Positions 1 to 9,345 of a stretch of 64,000 bases of DNA are shown here, piece after piece. The notes below the pieces were generated by a model. It did not search any database. It was not told where the DNA came from and saw only the letters and a program-made list of their open reading frames with translations. Each line of letters begins with the position of its first letter. Position 1 is the stretch's first letter. Source of the stretch: SAR86 cluster bacterium. Its GTDB lineage: Bacteria; Pseudomonadota; Gammaproteobacteria; Magnimaribacterales; TMED112. The translations under genes were made by a program, and so were the position numbers. Location: positions 67,145 to 131,144 of the forward strand of contig QOPH01000003.1 in assembly GCA_003331635.1 (NCBI GenBank). Reading direction: 5' to 3'.

Positions 1-465
1 GTAATCTCCTATGGCGTATCAAGTTATGGTTACGATGTAAGGTGTGCAAATGAATTTAAAATATTCACAAATACATTTTCGTCAGTAGTTGATCCTAAAA
101 ATTTTGATGAAAAAAGTTTTGTCGATATACAAGATAGTGAATGTATTATTCCACCAAATTCTTTTGCACTTGCTAGAACAGTTGAATATTTCAAGATACC
201 AAGATCGATACTTACTCTATGTCTTGGAAAGTCAACCTATGCAAGATGTGGAATTATTGTAAATGTAACTCCACTAGAGCCTGAATGGGAGGGTCATGTG
301 ACTCTAGAGTTTTCAAACACAACTAATTTACCTGCAAAAATTTACGCTAACGAGGGAGTTGCTCAAATGCTTTTTTTTGAATCAGATCAAGTTTGTAAAA
401 CTAGTTATAAAGATCGTGGGGGTAAATATCAGGGACAAACGGGTGTCACTCTTCCAAAAACTTAG
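1..465 (+). CDS. dcd: dCTP deaminase (5'-partial, runs off the window start)
   Basis: Frame +1 is open from base 1 to TAG at 463-465. Translation [22 protein letters not shown]...[36 protein letters not shown]...AQMLFF matches the dCTP deaminase core. Not in the ORF track because it has no start codon in the window. Confidence 0.85.
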   Translation, partial: VISYGVSSYGYDVRCANEFKIFTNTFSSVVDPKNFDEKSFVDIQDSECIIPPNSFALARTVEYFKIPRSILTLCLGKSTYARCGIIVNVTPLEPEWEGHVTLEFSNTTNLPAKIYANEGVAQMLFFESDQVCKTSYKDRGGKYQGQTGVTLPKT

Positions 466-1117
466 GTTCGTCTACTAGAGATAGTTTATTAACTTTGCCA
501 TTTCTTAACTCTATGAAACTATCAATAATCATAAAATCATACTCGGGAGAAATATAATAAGTTATATCTCCCGCATCATTTGATGTTGCCTTAACTATTA
601 TGCAATTGATATTTCCAAATTTCTTATTAATAATCCTCTCTCCAATCACCTTATATTCACGCTCAATAATTTTTCCTTCTGTATTTGTAATTACATTTAG
701 GAAAAAGTTATCAACGCCATTTTTAACATTAAGTCGCATTTGGAGATCGCTTCCAAGCTGGTCCAACACATTTTCTTCTTTTAAAAATGAAAAACCAAGC
801 TCCTGAGACTCAATCCTATCACCTAAAAAAGAGACTTCGAAACTTTTTTCTTTACTACCAGGAACATTATTTTTCACTCTTGTAAAAAGTGTTTTAACTT
901 TATTACTTTCAAGAACTAGCGAGGATTTTTGTGAATACTCATAGATAAAAAGAGGCCTCAAAACAAATCTAGAAGTAATTTCATTGTCATCAAATTTAAA
1001 ACTTCTTTTAAGAGTTATATTACCAGCAGAATAATGTGTAAATTTAAACTTGGCATCCCAGCTCTTGAATTCATCAGAAATAAGTGAAAAAGATAAGAAC
1101 AAGATAAATAAACGCAT
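446..1117 (-). CDS. hypothetical exported protein (possibly DUF3108-like, judged only from its position next to purN)
   Basis: 223-aa ORF with a hydrophobic N-terminus ([14 protein letters not shown]). It lies immediately downstream of purN, as DUF3108 genes do in pseudomonads. No motif recognised. Confidence 0.3.
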   Translation of the reverse strand: MRLFILFLSFSLISDEFKSWDAKFKFTHYSAGNITLKRSFKFDDNEITSRFVLRPLFIYEYSQKSSLVLESNKVKTLFTRVKNNVPGSKEKSFEVSFLGDRIESQELGFSFLKEENVLDQLGSDLQMRLNVKNGVDNFFLNVITNTEGKIIEREYKVIGERIINKKFGNINCIIVKATSNDAGDITYYISPEYDFMIIDSFIELRNGKVNKLSLVDEPKFLEE

Positions 1118-1118
1118 T

Positions 1119-1667
1119 TTAAAGGTTAGATATAGTTTCTGGATAAATTTTATTTTCTAATTTTTTAATTTTCTCTGTTAAAGACTCAATAGTATCATCT
1201 GGTTCAATTTCAATACTCTGTTGTCTGATAATTGGTCCAGCATCAAGATCAGAAGTTACATAGTGAATTGTAGTTCCGTGAAGTTTATCACCTGCAAGCA
1301 AGGCTTTTTCATGTGTATTTAATCCAGGATATTTTGGCAGGAGGGAAGGGTGTATATTTATGATTTTTTGTTTCCAATTTTCTACCAGAAAATTACTTAA
1401 AATTCTCATATATCCAGCCAAGATGACATAATCAGGGTTAAGTTTTTGCAAATAAAAATTGATTTCCTCATCAAACTCTTCTCTTGAATCAAATTTTTTA
1501 TGGTCCAAAATTTTACAATCAACATTAAAGTTCTTTGAAATATCAATGCCACTTGCATTAGGATTATTTGTGAAAGTTGATATTACCTTGTAGTTTAATT
1601 TTTTCTCATTTTGAAGAATTGATTGAAGATTAGTTCCCGTACCAGAAAAGAAGACAACAATATTCAT
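1119..1667 (-). CDS. purN: phosphoribosylglycinamide formyltransferase
   Basis: 182 aa. Motifs: VVFFSGTGTNLQSI, ILAGYMRIL, INIHPSLLPKYPG, HGTTIHYVTSDLDAGPII. Sits downstream of purM. Confidence 0.9.
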   Translation of the reverse strand: MNIVVFFSGTGTNLQSILQNEKKLNYKVISTFTNNPNASGIDISKNFNVDCKILDHKKFDSREEFDEEINFYLQKLNPDYVILAGYMRILSNFLVENWKQKIINIHPSLLPKYPGLNTHEKALLAGDKLHGTTIHYVTSDLDAGPIIRQQSIEIEPDDTIESLTEKIKKLENKIYPETISNL

Positions 1668-1670
1668 TTA

Positions 1671-2663
1671 TTAATTTTTGAAGATAAATTTTTTTTCTGT
1701 CTTTGAAACGTATCCAATTTCAAATAACTTTGAGTTAATTTTCTTAGCCTTCTCAACATCTTTTCTATCAAGAATTAAACAAAATCCAATTCCACAATTA
1801 AAGACTTTGTACATTTCATTTCTTGTGATATTGCCGAGTTTCATAATTTCTAAAAAAATACCCTTTAATTTGCACTTATCTCTGTCAATAATCATTGTGT
1901 AGCTAGAATTAATTCGTGAAAGATTTTCTTCAAGCCCACCTCCAGTAATATGTGCCATTCCATTGATTTTTAGTTTTTTTGTGAGTTCAAGCACTTCTTT
2001 AACATAAATTTTTGTTGGCGTTAGTAGTTTTTTTTGTAATTTTCTATCAGTTTTTTTGCTATTTATTATTTTGTTAATTAGAGAATATCCATTTGAGTGA
2101 AACCCAGAAGAGGGCAGTGCAAGTATTGCATTATTCTCTCTAATTTTTGACCCATCTATAATATTTTTTCTCTCATTAATGCCCATCGCAAACCCAACTA
2201 AATCAAAATTATCTTTAGTATAATGATTGGGCATTTCTGCAGTTTCGCCACCAATTAATTCGCAACCAGCCTGATCACAACCCTTCAGAATTCCTTTTAT
2301 AATTTCTTTTCCCTTATTTCTATTAAGTTTTGATACTCCATAGTAATCAAGAAAAGTTAATGGAGTTGCACCACTAACTACTAAGTCATTAACACACATT
2401 GCTACTAAATCTATTCCAATAGATGAAAGGTTTTTTTGCTTAAGTGCAAGGGTTATTTTTGTTCCTACTCCATCACAAGCTAGTGCAAATACTGGGTCTT
2501 TGTATTTTTTCGGCGGTTTAACATAGCCTGAAAAACTACCTATATTGCTTAGAGCATTTTTTAGATCCCTTTTTTTGGTAAGAGATTTAATATCTTCAAT
2601 AAATTTTTGCCCTTCATCAATGTTTACTCCTGATGATTTATAATTAATTTTGCCTTTATTCAT
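1671..2663 (-). CDS. purM: phosphoribosylformylglycinamidine cyclo-ligase (AIR synthetase)
   Basis: 330 aa. Motifs: YKSSGVNIDEG, ACDGVGTK, DLVAMCVNDL, GGETAEMP, AHITGGG. Confidence 0.92.
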   Translation of the reverse strand: MNKGKINYKSSGVNIDEGQKFIEDIKSLTKKRDLKNALSNIGSFSGYVKPPKKYKDPVFALACDGVGTKITLALKQKNLSSIGIDLVAMCVNDLVVSGATPLTFLDYYGVSKLNRNKGKEIIKGILKGCDQAGCELIGGETAEMPNHYTKDNFDLVGFAMGINERKNIIDGSKIRENNAILALPSSGFHSNGYSLINKIINSKKTDRKLQKKLLTPTKIYVKEVLELTKKLKINGMAHITGGGLEENLSRINSSYTMIIDRDKCKLKGIFLEIMKLGNITRNEMYKVFNCGIGFCLILDRKDVEKAKKINSKLFEIGYVSKTEKKFIFKN

Positions 2664-2684
2664 TTATGGTTAACTGTTTGTGTA

Positions 2685-3008
2685 ATGTATTATTCAAAAA
2701 TTCTCAAAGTCACTAAAATTATACTTTTTTTTGGACTTTCAAGTTCAGTTAATTTGGCTGAAGAAGACAATCTAGTTATTAGCTATATTGTTAATTATGA
2801 GGAAATATACAGATTAGAGGAAAAAATATATGAGTTAAGTCAAAAGATATTAGATGATTATCAAGTTTCCATGACTAATAAGAAGATAGAATTTAATGCA
2901 GAAAAATATTTCATAGGATTTAAAGTAATTCAAATCGATGAAAAAAATTTTCTTGAATTAAAATTTAACAAAAAAAAGATAGAAGAATATTTAAATATAG
3001 AAAATTAA
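2685..3008 (+). CDS. hypothetical small exported protein
   Basis: 107-aa ORF with an N-terminal hydrophobic segment. It lies between purM and hda, where pseudomonads carry a much longer DUF2066 gene. No motif recognised. Confidence 0.3.
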   Translation: MYYSKILKVTKIILFFGLSSSVNLAEEDNLVISYIVNYEEIYRLEEKIYELSQKILDDYQVSMTNKKIEFNAEKYFIGFKVIQIDEKNFLELKFNKKKIEEYLNIEN

Positions 3009-3719
3009 ATGAATAAAATTACCTCCAGCAATCAATACTTTTTTAATTTTAAAAGAGACCTTAATGCAAGCTTAGATAATTTTTATTTTTCAAAAAAAAA
3101 TGAAATATTAAAAAATGAATTAGATTTATTTATTAATAATTCTGATGCACATAATTTTTTTATTTCTGGAGACAAAGGGTTAGGAAAGACTTTTTTGCTA
3201 AACTGCGTACTTAATCACAAGAAATTTAACGAACAAAAATGTTTGTATATCGATATTAAAAACCTTAGCAATAATGTACAAGTCTTTAATGAAATAGATT
3301 CTTTTTCAGTTATTTGTATAGACAATATTCATTGCTCCAGCAAGGATATAGAATTAGAGCTTTTCAATCTTGTAAATAAGGCTTTTACCAGCAAGATAAA
3401 GCTTTTAATCTCTTCTCAACTACATATTACTCAATTAATTTTTTTTCCTGATTTGCTTTCTAGGATTAAACAGATGAGCTGTTTTTCAATTGAACAGATT
3501 TCTGATGATGAAGTTGATGATGCTATTGATTTTATGAATATAAAATTGAAACTTTTTTTTTCAAAAGAGCTTATTGAAGATATATCAAAGATCGTAAGAA
3601 GAGATATTTCTTCTATTAAAGATTTGTTTGTTGAGATTGAGCAATTTCTTTACTCTGAGAAGAAAAGACCATCGAAAAGGACAATAATGGGCTTTTTAAA
3701 GAAAAGGATTAATCAATAA
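3009..3719 (+). CDS. hda: DnaA regulatory inactivator Hda (DnaA-family AAA+ protein)
   Basis: 236 aa. Walker A GDKGLGKTFLL, Walker B-like ICIDNIH. The size and the position divergent from purM fit Hda. Confidence 0.7.
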   Translation: MNKITSSNQYFFNFKRDLNASLDNFYFSKKNEILKNELDLFINNSDAHNFFISGDKGLGKTFLLNCVLNHKKFNEQKCLYIDIKNLSNNVQVFNEIDSFSVICIDNIHCSSKDIELELFNLVNKAFTSKIKLLISSQLHITQLIFFPDLLSRIKQMSCFSIEQISDDEVDDAIDFMNIKLKLFFSKELIEDISKIVRRDISSIKDLFVEIEQFLYSEKKRPSKRTIMGFLKKRINQ

Positions 3720-5559
3720 GAGAACACTCTCTGCAAAGGACATTAATTTCTTTTCTCATTTTACCTTTACTTAACTCTTTTCCATTCACAAATTCAGATA
3801 TAGCTTCAGTAAGTGAGATTGCAAAATTTAAGCTGTTGCTATTTTTTGCAGGCTTTACATAGTCCACTTTAAAGTCATCAATCTCTAATATAGCCTCTGC
3901 TGTAAAATTAATAGCGTCTTCAAGGGTGCCTATTTCATCAACAAGACCTATTTCAACTGCATCTTTTCCATACCACACTCTTCCTCTAGCAATCTCTAAA
4001 ACCTTTTCTAGAGGTATATCTCTATCTTTTGAAGTTTGTGTTGTGAAATTCATATATGTTTCATCAATATTTGCTTGAAAAGTTTCTATTATTTCTTCAG
4101 GCCAGTCTTCTGTCACAGGATTGAAGTCTCCAAATTCAGTAGTTTTATTTGAATCATAATTTAATCCTGCCCACTCAAGAATCTTTTCCATGGATAAAAG
4201 ACGTCCATAAACACCTATAGATCCTGTAATAGTATTTTCTTCTGCGAAGATTTTATCTGCCATCGATGAAACCCAGTAGCCACCAGAAGCAGCCAAACTT
4301 CCCATTGAAACTACAATTGGAATACCCTTATTCTGTGCTTTTTCAATTTCCCATCTTATATATTCAGATGCAACAACTGAGCCACCTGGTGAATTTACTC
4401 TTAACACAATTGCTTTTGTATTTTCATTTTCATGAGCAGCTTTTAACATTTTTACTAGCCCATCAGAGCCAGCAATACCTAGCTGTACCGGCCCTGTAGT
4501 AATAGCACCTTCAACAGTAATTACCTTGATTACATTTTTTGATTTAGATTTTTTTGCCTTTTCAAATGTCTTCAAATAATCTCTATAGTAAATTGCATTA
4601 AGCTCGTCTTCGTCATCTTCTGCAGCCCCAAACTTTTCCAGCATTCTATCATTAAAATCATCCTCTTCCTCTTGATAATCAATGATATTCCACTCAAGAT
4701 TGGCATTTTCAAAAGAAACATTTCCCGCTATTAAATCTTTATATGACTCATCTGCATACCATTGGAGATCTACATCTCTTGTTTCTTTAACAAAATTTTT
4801 ATATGCATTCCAAAATCTGTCTATGTAGTATGAATTATCCTTTTGCTCCTGGCTCATATTTGATCTTGTCCAGTCTTCAGGCCCTGTCTTCCAATCTCCT
4901 GCAGTAAAAACTCTCGGAGTTAAAAGAAATTTTTCGAAAAAATCCTTTTGATAAAATCTTGTAGACGTAAAGCCATCGAGTGCAAACGCAGAATATTTAC
5001 TAGCGCTTATTTCATTTGCACCGGATGAAAGCAAATAAGCCGTATCTCCATAAATTGATAGTGACTCAGCTCTAATTATTATTTCTTTGCCTGCCTGAGC
5101 AGCTTCTTTTATCTTTTTAGCCAAAGGTATTGCATAAGCAGAGCTAATTTGTAGTCCTGATGGATCAAAAATCATACCCGAAACCTTTTCGTCTTCTTTA
5201 AACTTCTCAAAAAAATTAACCAGATGTTTAAATTCATATGTAATGACTTCTTCATCGCCCAAAAATGAAGTGAATTGATCTTGTGATTTGGGAATTTGTT
5301 GATCAACAACTATTCCATCTGGACTAAAAACTACAACCTTTCCATCTGCTTTTGGCTTAGTCTCATTATCAAAAAGTGGATCTAAAATACTTATAAGAAG
5401 CGCAGCAACGACAAATAAAAAGATTGAAGTTGCTAGGGTAAAGCGTATTGCTTTCCAAAAGAAATCTCTTCCAACTCTTATGAAATACCAAATATTACCT
5501 AGGAAATTTCCTAGCCTAGAAAACGCTCCGATATCGTTTTTTTTCTTAGTTTTTGCCAT
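3709..5559 (-). CDS. sppA: signal peptide peptidase SppA, 67K type (protease IV)
   Basis: 616 aa with an N-terminal TM segment and a duplicated ClpP/crotonase-like fold. Motifs: VLRVNSPGGSVVASE, GSLAASGGYWVS. Confidence 0.85.
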   Translation of the reverse strand: MAKTKKKNDIGAFSRLGNFLGNIWYFIRVGRDFFWKAIRFTLATSIFLFVVAALLISILDPLFDNETKPKADGKVVVFSPDGIVVDQQIPKSQDQFTSFLGDEEVITYEFKHLVNFFEKFKEDEKVSGMIFDPSGLQISSAYAIPLAKKIKEAAQAGKEIIIRAESLSIYGDTAYLLSSGANEISASKYSAFALDGFTSTRFYQKDFFEKFLLTPRVFTAGDWKTGPEDWTRSNMSQEQKDNSYYIDRFWNAYKNFVKETRDVDLQWYADESYKDLIAGNVSFENANLEWNIIDYQEEEDDFNDRMLEKFGAAEDDEDELNAIYYRDYLKTFEKAKKSKSKNVIKVITVEGAITTGPVQLGIAGSDGLVKMLKAAHENENTKAIVLRVNSPGGSVVASEYIRWEIEKAQNKGIPIVVSMGSLAASGGYWVSSMADKIFAEENTITGSIGVYGRLLSMEKILEWAGLNYDSNKTTEFGDFNPVTEDWPEEIIETFQANIDETYMNFTTQTSKDRDIPLEKVLEIARGRVWYGKDAVEIGLVDEIGTLEDAINFTAEAILEIDDFKVDYVKPAKNSNSLNFAISLTEAISEFVNGKELSKGKMRKEINVLCRECSLID

Positions 5560-5641
5560 ATCTATTTATATATTACTTTTATCAATGAAATAAAGTTTCA
5601 TTTTTATTAAATAAATGTATCATTTTAGAAAATTTTTATAG

Positions 5642-6082
5642 ATGAGAATTTTAGCAATCTTAAGTTTATTTTTTCTAGCTTCTTGTGAGAGGCCGGATTT
5701 AGAATTTACTAACTCCAAACCAAAACATTCATATATGCTTAATGATCAGTTAATTTTTCTGAATTTCTGGGCAGATTGGTGCGCCCCATGCATAAAGGAG
5801 TTTCCTTATTTTAACGAATTAGACAAAAACCAAAATGTAACAGTAATCGGATTTCATTTTGATCAGTTTGATGTCCTTGAAGACGAAGTTGTAGAGGGGT
5901 TTATAAAAAAATTTAATATTCAATTTTTAAATTTAAAAACTGACCCAAGAGATATTTGGGGTGTTGATATACCGAACAGCGTACCAACAATTCTAATAAT
6001 CAAAAACAATTCAATATTAAAGACCATTACGACGCCCCAAACGCTTGAGACATTAGAGAGCCTTGTTCAAGATCTTAGCTAA
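5642..6082 (+). CDS. TlpA/ResA-like thioredoxin-fold thiol:disulfide oxidoreductase (lipoprotein)
   Basis: 146 aa. Lipobox-like FLASC, redox motif WADWCAPC, and a thioredoxin-fold tail (VPTILII). Confidence 0.7.
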   Translation: MRILAILSLFFLASCERPDLEFTNSKPKHSYMLNDQLIFLNFWADWCAPCIKEFPYFNELDKNQNVTVIGFHFDQFDVLEDEVVEGFIKKFNIQFLNLKTDPRDIWGVDIPNSVPTILIIKNNSILKTITTPQTLETLESLVQDLS

Positions 6083-7424
6083 CTTTTGATTTCACTTTAC
6101 CTTTAGAAAATAGAGTTTGAATTTCTTCACCTTTTTTTAATCTTTTTGCATCTTTAATTACTCTGTTTTTTTCATCAGTAGTAATTGAATAGCCTCTGTT
6201 TAATACTCCTTTAGGATCAAGAGCATGAATTTTTTCTTGAATTAACTGAAGTTTTGAATTTGAGCTACTCACTATAGTGAGTAGTTGATGGTTTAGATTT
6301 GTCTTTAGAACATTTAAAGAATTAGATATTTTTACTAATCTTGATTTAGGAGATACATTATTTAGCTCGGCAAATTTAATATCTATTAAATTAATTTTTT
6401 TGCTTAAAAAATTTTTAATAGCAAGCTCTATTCTTTCATGTTGCTCATCAAGTCTAAGTTGCTGTTCGTTAAGTTTCTGCTTTGGAGTTCTTAGTTGTTT
6501 TTTAAGAAAATGAAGAGACTGAGTCTTTTCTTTAATTTTAGTAATAATATTTCTGTGAAGAACTAATTTAGCATTTTCGAAATATTCCAGAATACGACTA
6601 GAACCCTCTGATATTATTTCTGCAGCTGCTGTGGGAGTTGCTGCCCTATAGTTTGAAACAAAATCGGTAAGAGTAAAATCTGTCTCATGACCAACTCCAC
6701 TTATTATAGGTGTCTTCATTTGTGCTATATATCTGCATACCTCTTCATTGTTGAAAGCCCAGAGATCTTCAATCGATCCTCCTCCTCTACATATGATTGC
6801 TGCATCAATATTATTTTTTGAATACTGAGTTTCAATTAATTTCAATGACTGAAGTATAGAATTAGGAGATTGTTCGCCTTGGACTATAGTTGGAGCAATC
6901 AAGATTTCTGTATGAGGAGACCGTCTTTTTAGTGTAGATATTACATCTCTTATGGCTGCTCCTTTTGATGATGTAATAATTGCGATTTTGTTATTTATGT
7001 CAGGAAGCTGTTCACTATTTTTCGTTTCAAATAATCCTTCAGAATTAAGCTTATTTTTTAAAAGCTCGAATTTTCTCATCAATTCACCAAATCCAGCCAG
7101 CTCCATTTGTCTAACTGTCATTTGGTAACTTCCTGTTCGCTTATAAACAGAAAGTTTCCCAAAGAGAATTAATTGATCACCTTCTTTCGGTTCATTTAGA
7201 ACTTTATTATTATCACCTTTAAACATCACACATCTTAAAACGGCCTCAGAATCTTTAATCGAAAAGTACCAGTGTCCTGATGGATAGGCTTTAAAACCTG
7301 AGATTTCACCAGAGACCCAAAGAGGTGGAATGTCTCTCAAAAAATCATCAGCTGTTTGGTTTACTTCTGATACGCTGAGAATATCTCTAGAGTTTGAATT
7401 AAGATTTTCTGTGTAGTCTTCCAT
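6075..7424 (-). CDS. xseA: exodeoxyribonuclease VII large subunit
   Basis: 449 aa. N-terminal OB fold (VSGEISGFKAYPSGHWYFSIKD), then GVGHETDFTL and a long coiled-coil C-terminus. Confidence 0.88.
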   Translation of the reverse strand: MEDYTENLNSNSRDILSVSEVNQTADDFLRDIPPLWVSGEISGFKAYPSGHWYFSIKDSEAVLRCVMFKGDNNKVLNEPKEGDQLILFGKLSVYKRTGSYQMTVRQMELAGFGELMRKFELLKNKLNSEGLFETKNSEQLPDINNKIAIITSSKGAAIRDVISTLKRRSPHTEILIAPTIVQGEQSPNSILQSLKLIETQYSKNNIDAAIICRGGGSIEDLWAFNNEEVCRYIAQMKTPIISGVGHETDFTLTDFVSNYRAATPTAAAEIISEGSSRILEYFENAKLVLHRNIITKIKEKTQSLHFLKKQLRTPKQKLNEQQLRLDEQHERIELAIKNFLSKKINLIDIKFAELNNVSPKSRLVKISNSLNVLKTNLNHQLLTIVSSSNSKLQLIQEKIHALDPKGVLNRGYSITTDEKNRVIKDAKRLKKGEEIQTLFSKGKVKSKVS

Positions 7425-7452
7425 AAGAATTTATTATATTCTATTGCTTTCT

Positions 7453-7529
7453 GCGAGTTTAGCTCAGTTGGTTAGAGCACCTGCCTTACAAGCAGGGGGT
7501 CGTAGGTTCGAATCCTACAACTCGCACCA
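7453..7529 (+). tRNA. tRNA-Val (anticodon TAC)
   Basis: Hand-folded cloverleaf. Acceptor GCGAGTT/AACTCGC, anticodon stem CCTGC/GCAGG with loop CTTACAA, T-arm GTAGG-TTCGAAT-CCTAC, 3' CCA encoded. Confidence 0.9.
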
Positions 7530-7538
7530 ATCATTTTT

Positions 7539-7961
7539 ATGAGTAAAGATATAAATAAGTTTTTGGATTTCCATAAAGAAAATGGAGGCACTGGTAAGCT
7601 GTTTAACTTTGAGTTTAAAGAACACAAGGAGGGTTTTTTAGAATTATCTGGTGAATTTAATGAATTATGCTTAAATCCAGATGGATCAGTCCAGGGCGGA
7701 ATGATGACATCAATGCTAGACGACGTAACAGCATTGCTGTTAATTTTTGAGTCAGGAGGGACTTTATATCCTAGCTCGACCGATCTGCATACACTCCATC
7801 ACAGGCCTCTTTTTAAAGGAGAGGTCACTGCTAGAGCAATCCTTATGAAAAAAGGCAAGAATATCGCGACTGTAAGAGGGGAACTTCTTAATAAAGATGG
7901 TAAGTTGGCCACAACACTTGTTCATACCGTATTTCTTATAGATAGAAAAAATAGGTTCTAA
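7539..7961 (+). CDS. PaaI-family hotdog-fold thioesterase
   Basis: 140 aa. NPDGSVQGGMMTSMLDD plus a C-terminal beta-sheet pattern typical of 4HBT/PaaI thioesterases. Confidence 0.6.
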   Translation: MSKDINKFLDFHKENGGTGKLFNFEFKEHKEGFLELSGEFNELCLNPDGSVQGGMMTSMLDDVTALLLIFESGGTLYPSSTDLHTLHHRPLFKGEVTARAILMKKGKNIATVRGELLNKDGKLATTLVHTVFLIDRKNRF

Positions 7962-7990
7962 AAAAAAGCCCGCTTTCGCGGGCTTTAAAG
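7961..7990. terminator. bidirectional rho-independent terminator between the thioesterase (+) and proteorhodopsin (-)
   Basis: Stem GCCCGC (7968-7973), loop TTTC, stem GCGGGC (7978-7983). An A-run lies on the left and TTT on the right, so it has a U-tract on either strand. Confidence 0.7.
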
Positions 7991-8003
7991 GTTTAACGTT
8001 AAT

Positions 8004-8705
8004 TTAACCTTTTTGTACTCCGGAATCTCTCATAGCTGCGTACCAGATAACTAATCCAAATAGGAATTTGTTAACAAGGTCAGCTAAGTTATAGATAATG
8101 TTTAGAGCGTTAGCATCTACACCACCACCTAAATAACCAAGGAAATAACCTAAAGGATAGATAGCCCACCCAACAGTTACAATCCACTTGATTCCATTAA
8201 ATGCAAAGGTAAGGTTTTCGTTTCCTGCAGCATCTTTAATTTGAGCCGCTTCACCTGCAAAGACGTAGTAAATAATAAATATCCAGCCTAACATCCCCAC
8301 AACAAAACCTACTGTTGCGTCTATTAATCCAGCTTCACCCAAATACCCACCTATGAGCATTACAAGTGATGCAATAAATAATTTCCAAAATACTCCAAGA
8401 CTTACTGCAACTACTGCTGCAAGAATTAGATAAAACTCGACAATCTGCATAGGAACAGTGATCAACCAGTCAATATATCTATATACTGTTGGAGATTCTC
8501 CTGTAGCTACCCAAACGTCTCTCATGTACATGTAGTGCCAAAAGGCAACAAAACACACGAGCGCTGCGACTGTCAAGGAAGTTTGCCATGAAGCTTTAAC
8601 TGTACTTCTTTCTACAAAGAAGAAAAGTGCTCCCGCAGCCATAACAGCTGTGGCAATCCAAAAGGATATCCCGACAAAATCGTCTTGTGCTAGAAAATAA
8701 TCCAT
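8004..8705 (-). CDS. proteorhodopsin (light-driven proton pump), Gln at the spectral-tuning position
   Basis: 233 aa with 7 TM segments. Motifs: FWHYMYMR (His75 equivalent), RYIDWLITVPMQIVEFYL (Asp97, Gln105 and Glu108 equivalents), YNLADLVNKFLFGLVIW (Schiff-base Lys). Confidence 0.95.
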   Translation of the reverse strand: MDYFLAQDDFVGISFWIATAVMAAGALFFFVERSTVKASWQTSLTVAALVCFVAFWHYMYMRDVWVATGESPTVYRYIDWLITVPMQIVEFYLILAAVVAVSLGVFWKLFIASLVMLIGGYLGEAGLIDATVGFVVGMLGWIFIIYYVFAGEAAQIKDAAGNENLTFAFNGIKWIVTVGWAIYPLGYFLGYLGGGVDANALNIIYNLADLVNKFLFGLVIWYAAMRDSGVQKG

Positions 8706-8764
8706 AATTTCCCCCGTTAAGTAAATTTACGCTAACGCGTACATTTTAGAGGCTCTAAAACTAA

Positions 8765-8798
8765 AATACAACTTTATTTACCTTCAAAAAGTTGTATT
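8765..8798. promoter_or_regulatory. 11-bp perfect inverted repeat upstream of proteorhodopsin (candidate operator or 5' structure)
   Basis: AATACAACTTT (8765-8775) and AAAGTTGTATT (8788-8798), separated by a 12-nt spacer. It lies 60-93 nt upstream of the PR start codon, on the PR side of tRNA-Asp. Confidence 0.35.
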
Positions 8799-8831
8799 AA
8801 AATTATATTTGTAACAAAATCTAACACTTGC

Positions 8832-8908
8832 GGTCCGGTAGTTCAGCTGGTTAGAATGCCTGCCTGTCACGCAGGAGGTCGAGGGTTCGAGTCCCTTCCG
8901 GATCGCCA
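8832..8908 (+). tRNA. tRNA-Asp (anticodon GTC)
   Basis: Acceptor GGTCCGG/CCGGATC with one G-U pair. Anticodon stem CCTGC/GCAGG, loop CTGTCAC. T-loop TTCGAGT. CCA encoded. Confidence 0.9.
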
Positions 8909-8916
8909 TTGCAATT

Positions 8917-9345
8917 ATGTTTGTTGATATAGCTTTACAATTTATCCTCGCTACAGTTATTGGCTCGATATGGGTTGCCCCATTTGTAGTAACTCCATCA
9001 GCCAGGAAGACACTTGATAAAGAGACATTGAAGTTTTTTTTGAGATCTTTCTTTTTCAGACTAAATCTTTTTTTAATAGTATTTTTAGGCTTATATTTAG
9101 GTATATTTTATTTTTTAAAACTGGGAACTTACGAACTATTCTTTTCGAATTATGAAACATTACTAGCGTGTATCATGATAGTGACTATTTTTCTTAATTT
9201 ATTTATTTCCCTATTACTTTCCAGCATAGATCAACTTAAAAATAGAGTTCTATTTAATATTTTTCATTTGCTAAGTGTGGTGATTTTAATGGGCAATTCT
9301 TTCGCTGCGACTTATTTGCTTGTTCAAAAATTCCTACTAATTTGA
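8917..9345 (+). CDS. small polytopic membrane protein (about 4 TM segments), function unknown
   Basis: 142 aa and strongly hydrophobic. It is the first gene of a run of overlapping + strand genes that ends at 13157. No family motif recognised. Confidence 0.4.
   Translation: MFVDIALQFILATVIGSIWVAPFVVTPSARKTLDKETLKFFLRSFFFRLNLFLIVFLGLYLGIFYFLKLGTYELFFSNYETLLACIMIVTIFLNLFISLLLSSIDQLKNRVLFNIFHLLSVVILMGNSFAATYLLVQKFLLI

Noticed and set aside
7453-8908. The proteorhodopsin-thioesterase pair as a discrete mobile island between tRNA-Val and tRNA-Asp.
   Set aside because: I saw no integrase or recombinase, no direct repeat of a tRNA 3' end and no abrupt junction. It is kept only as an architectural observation, not as a mobile-element call.
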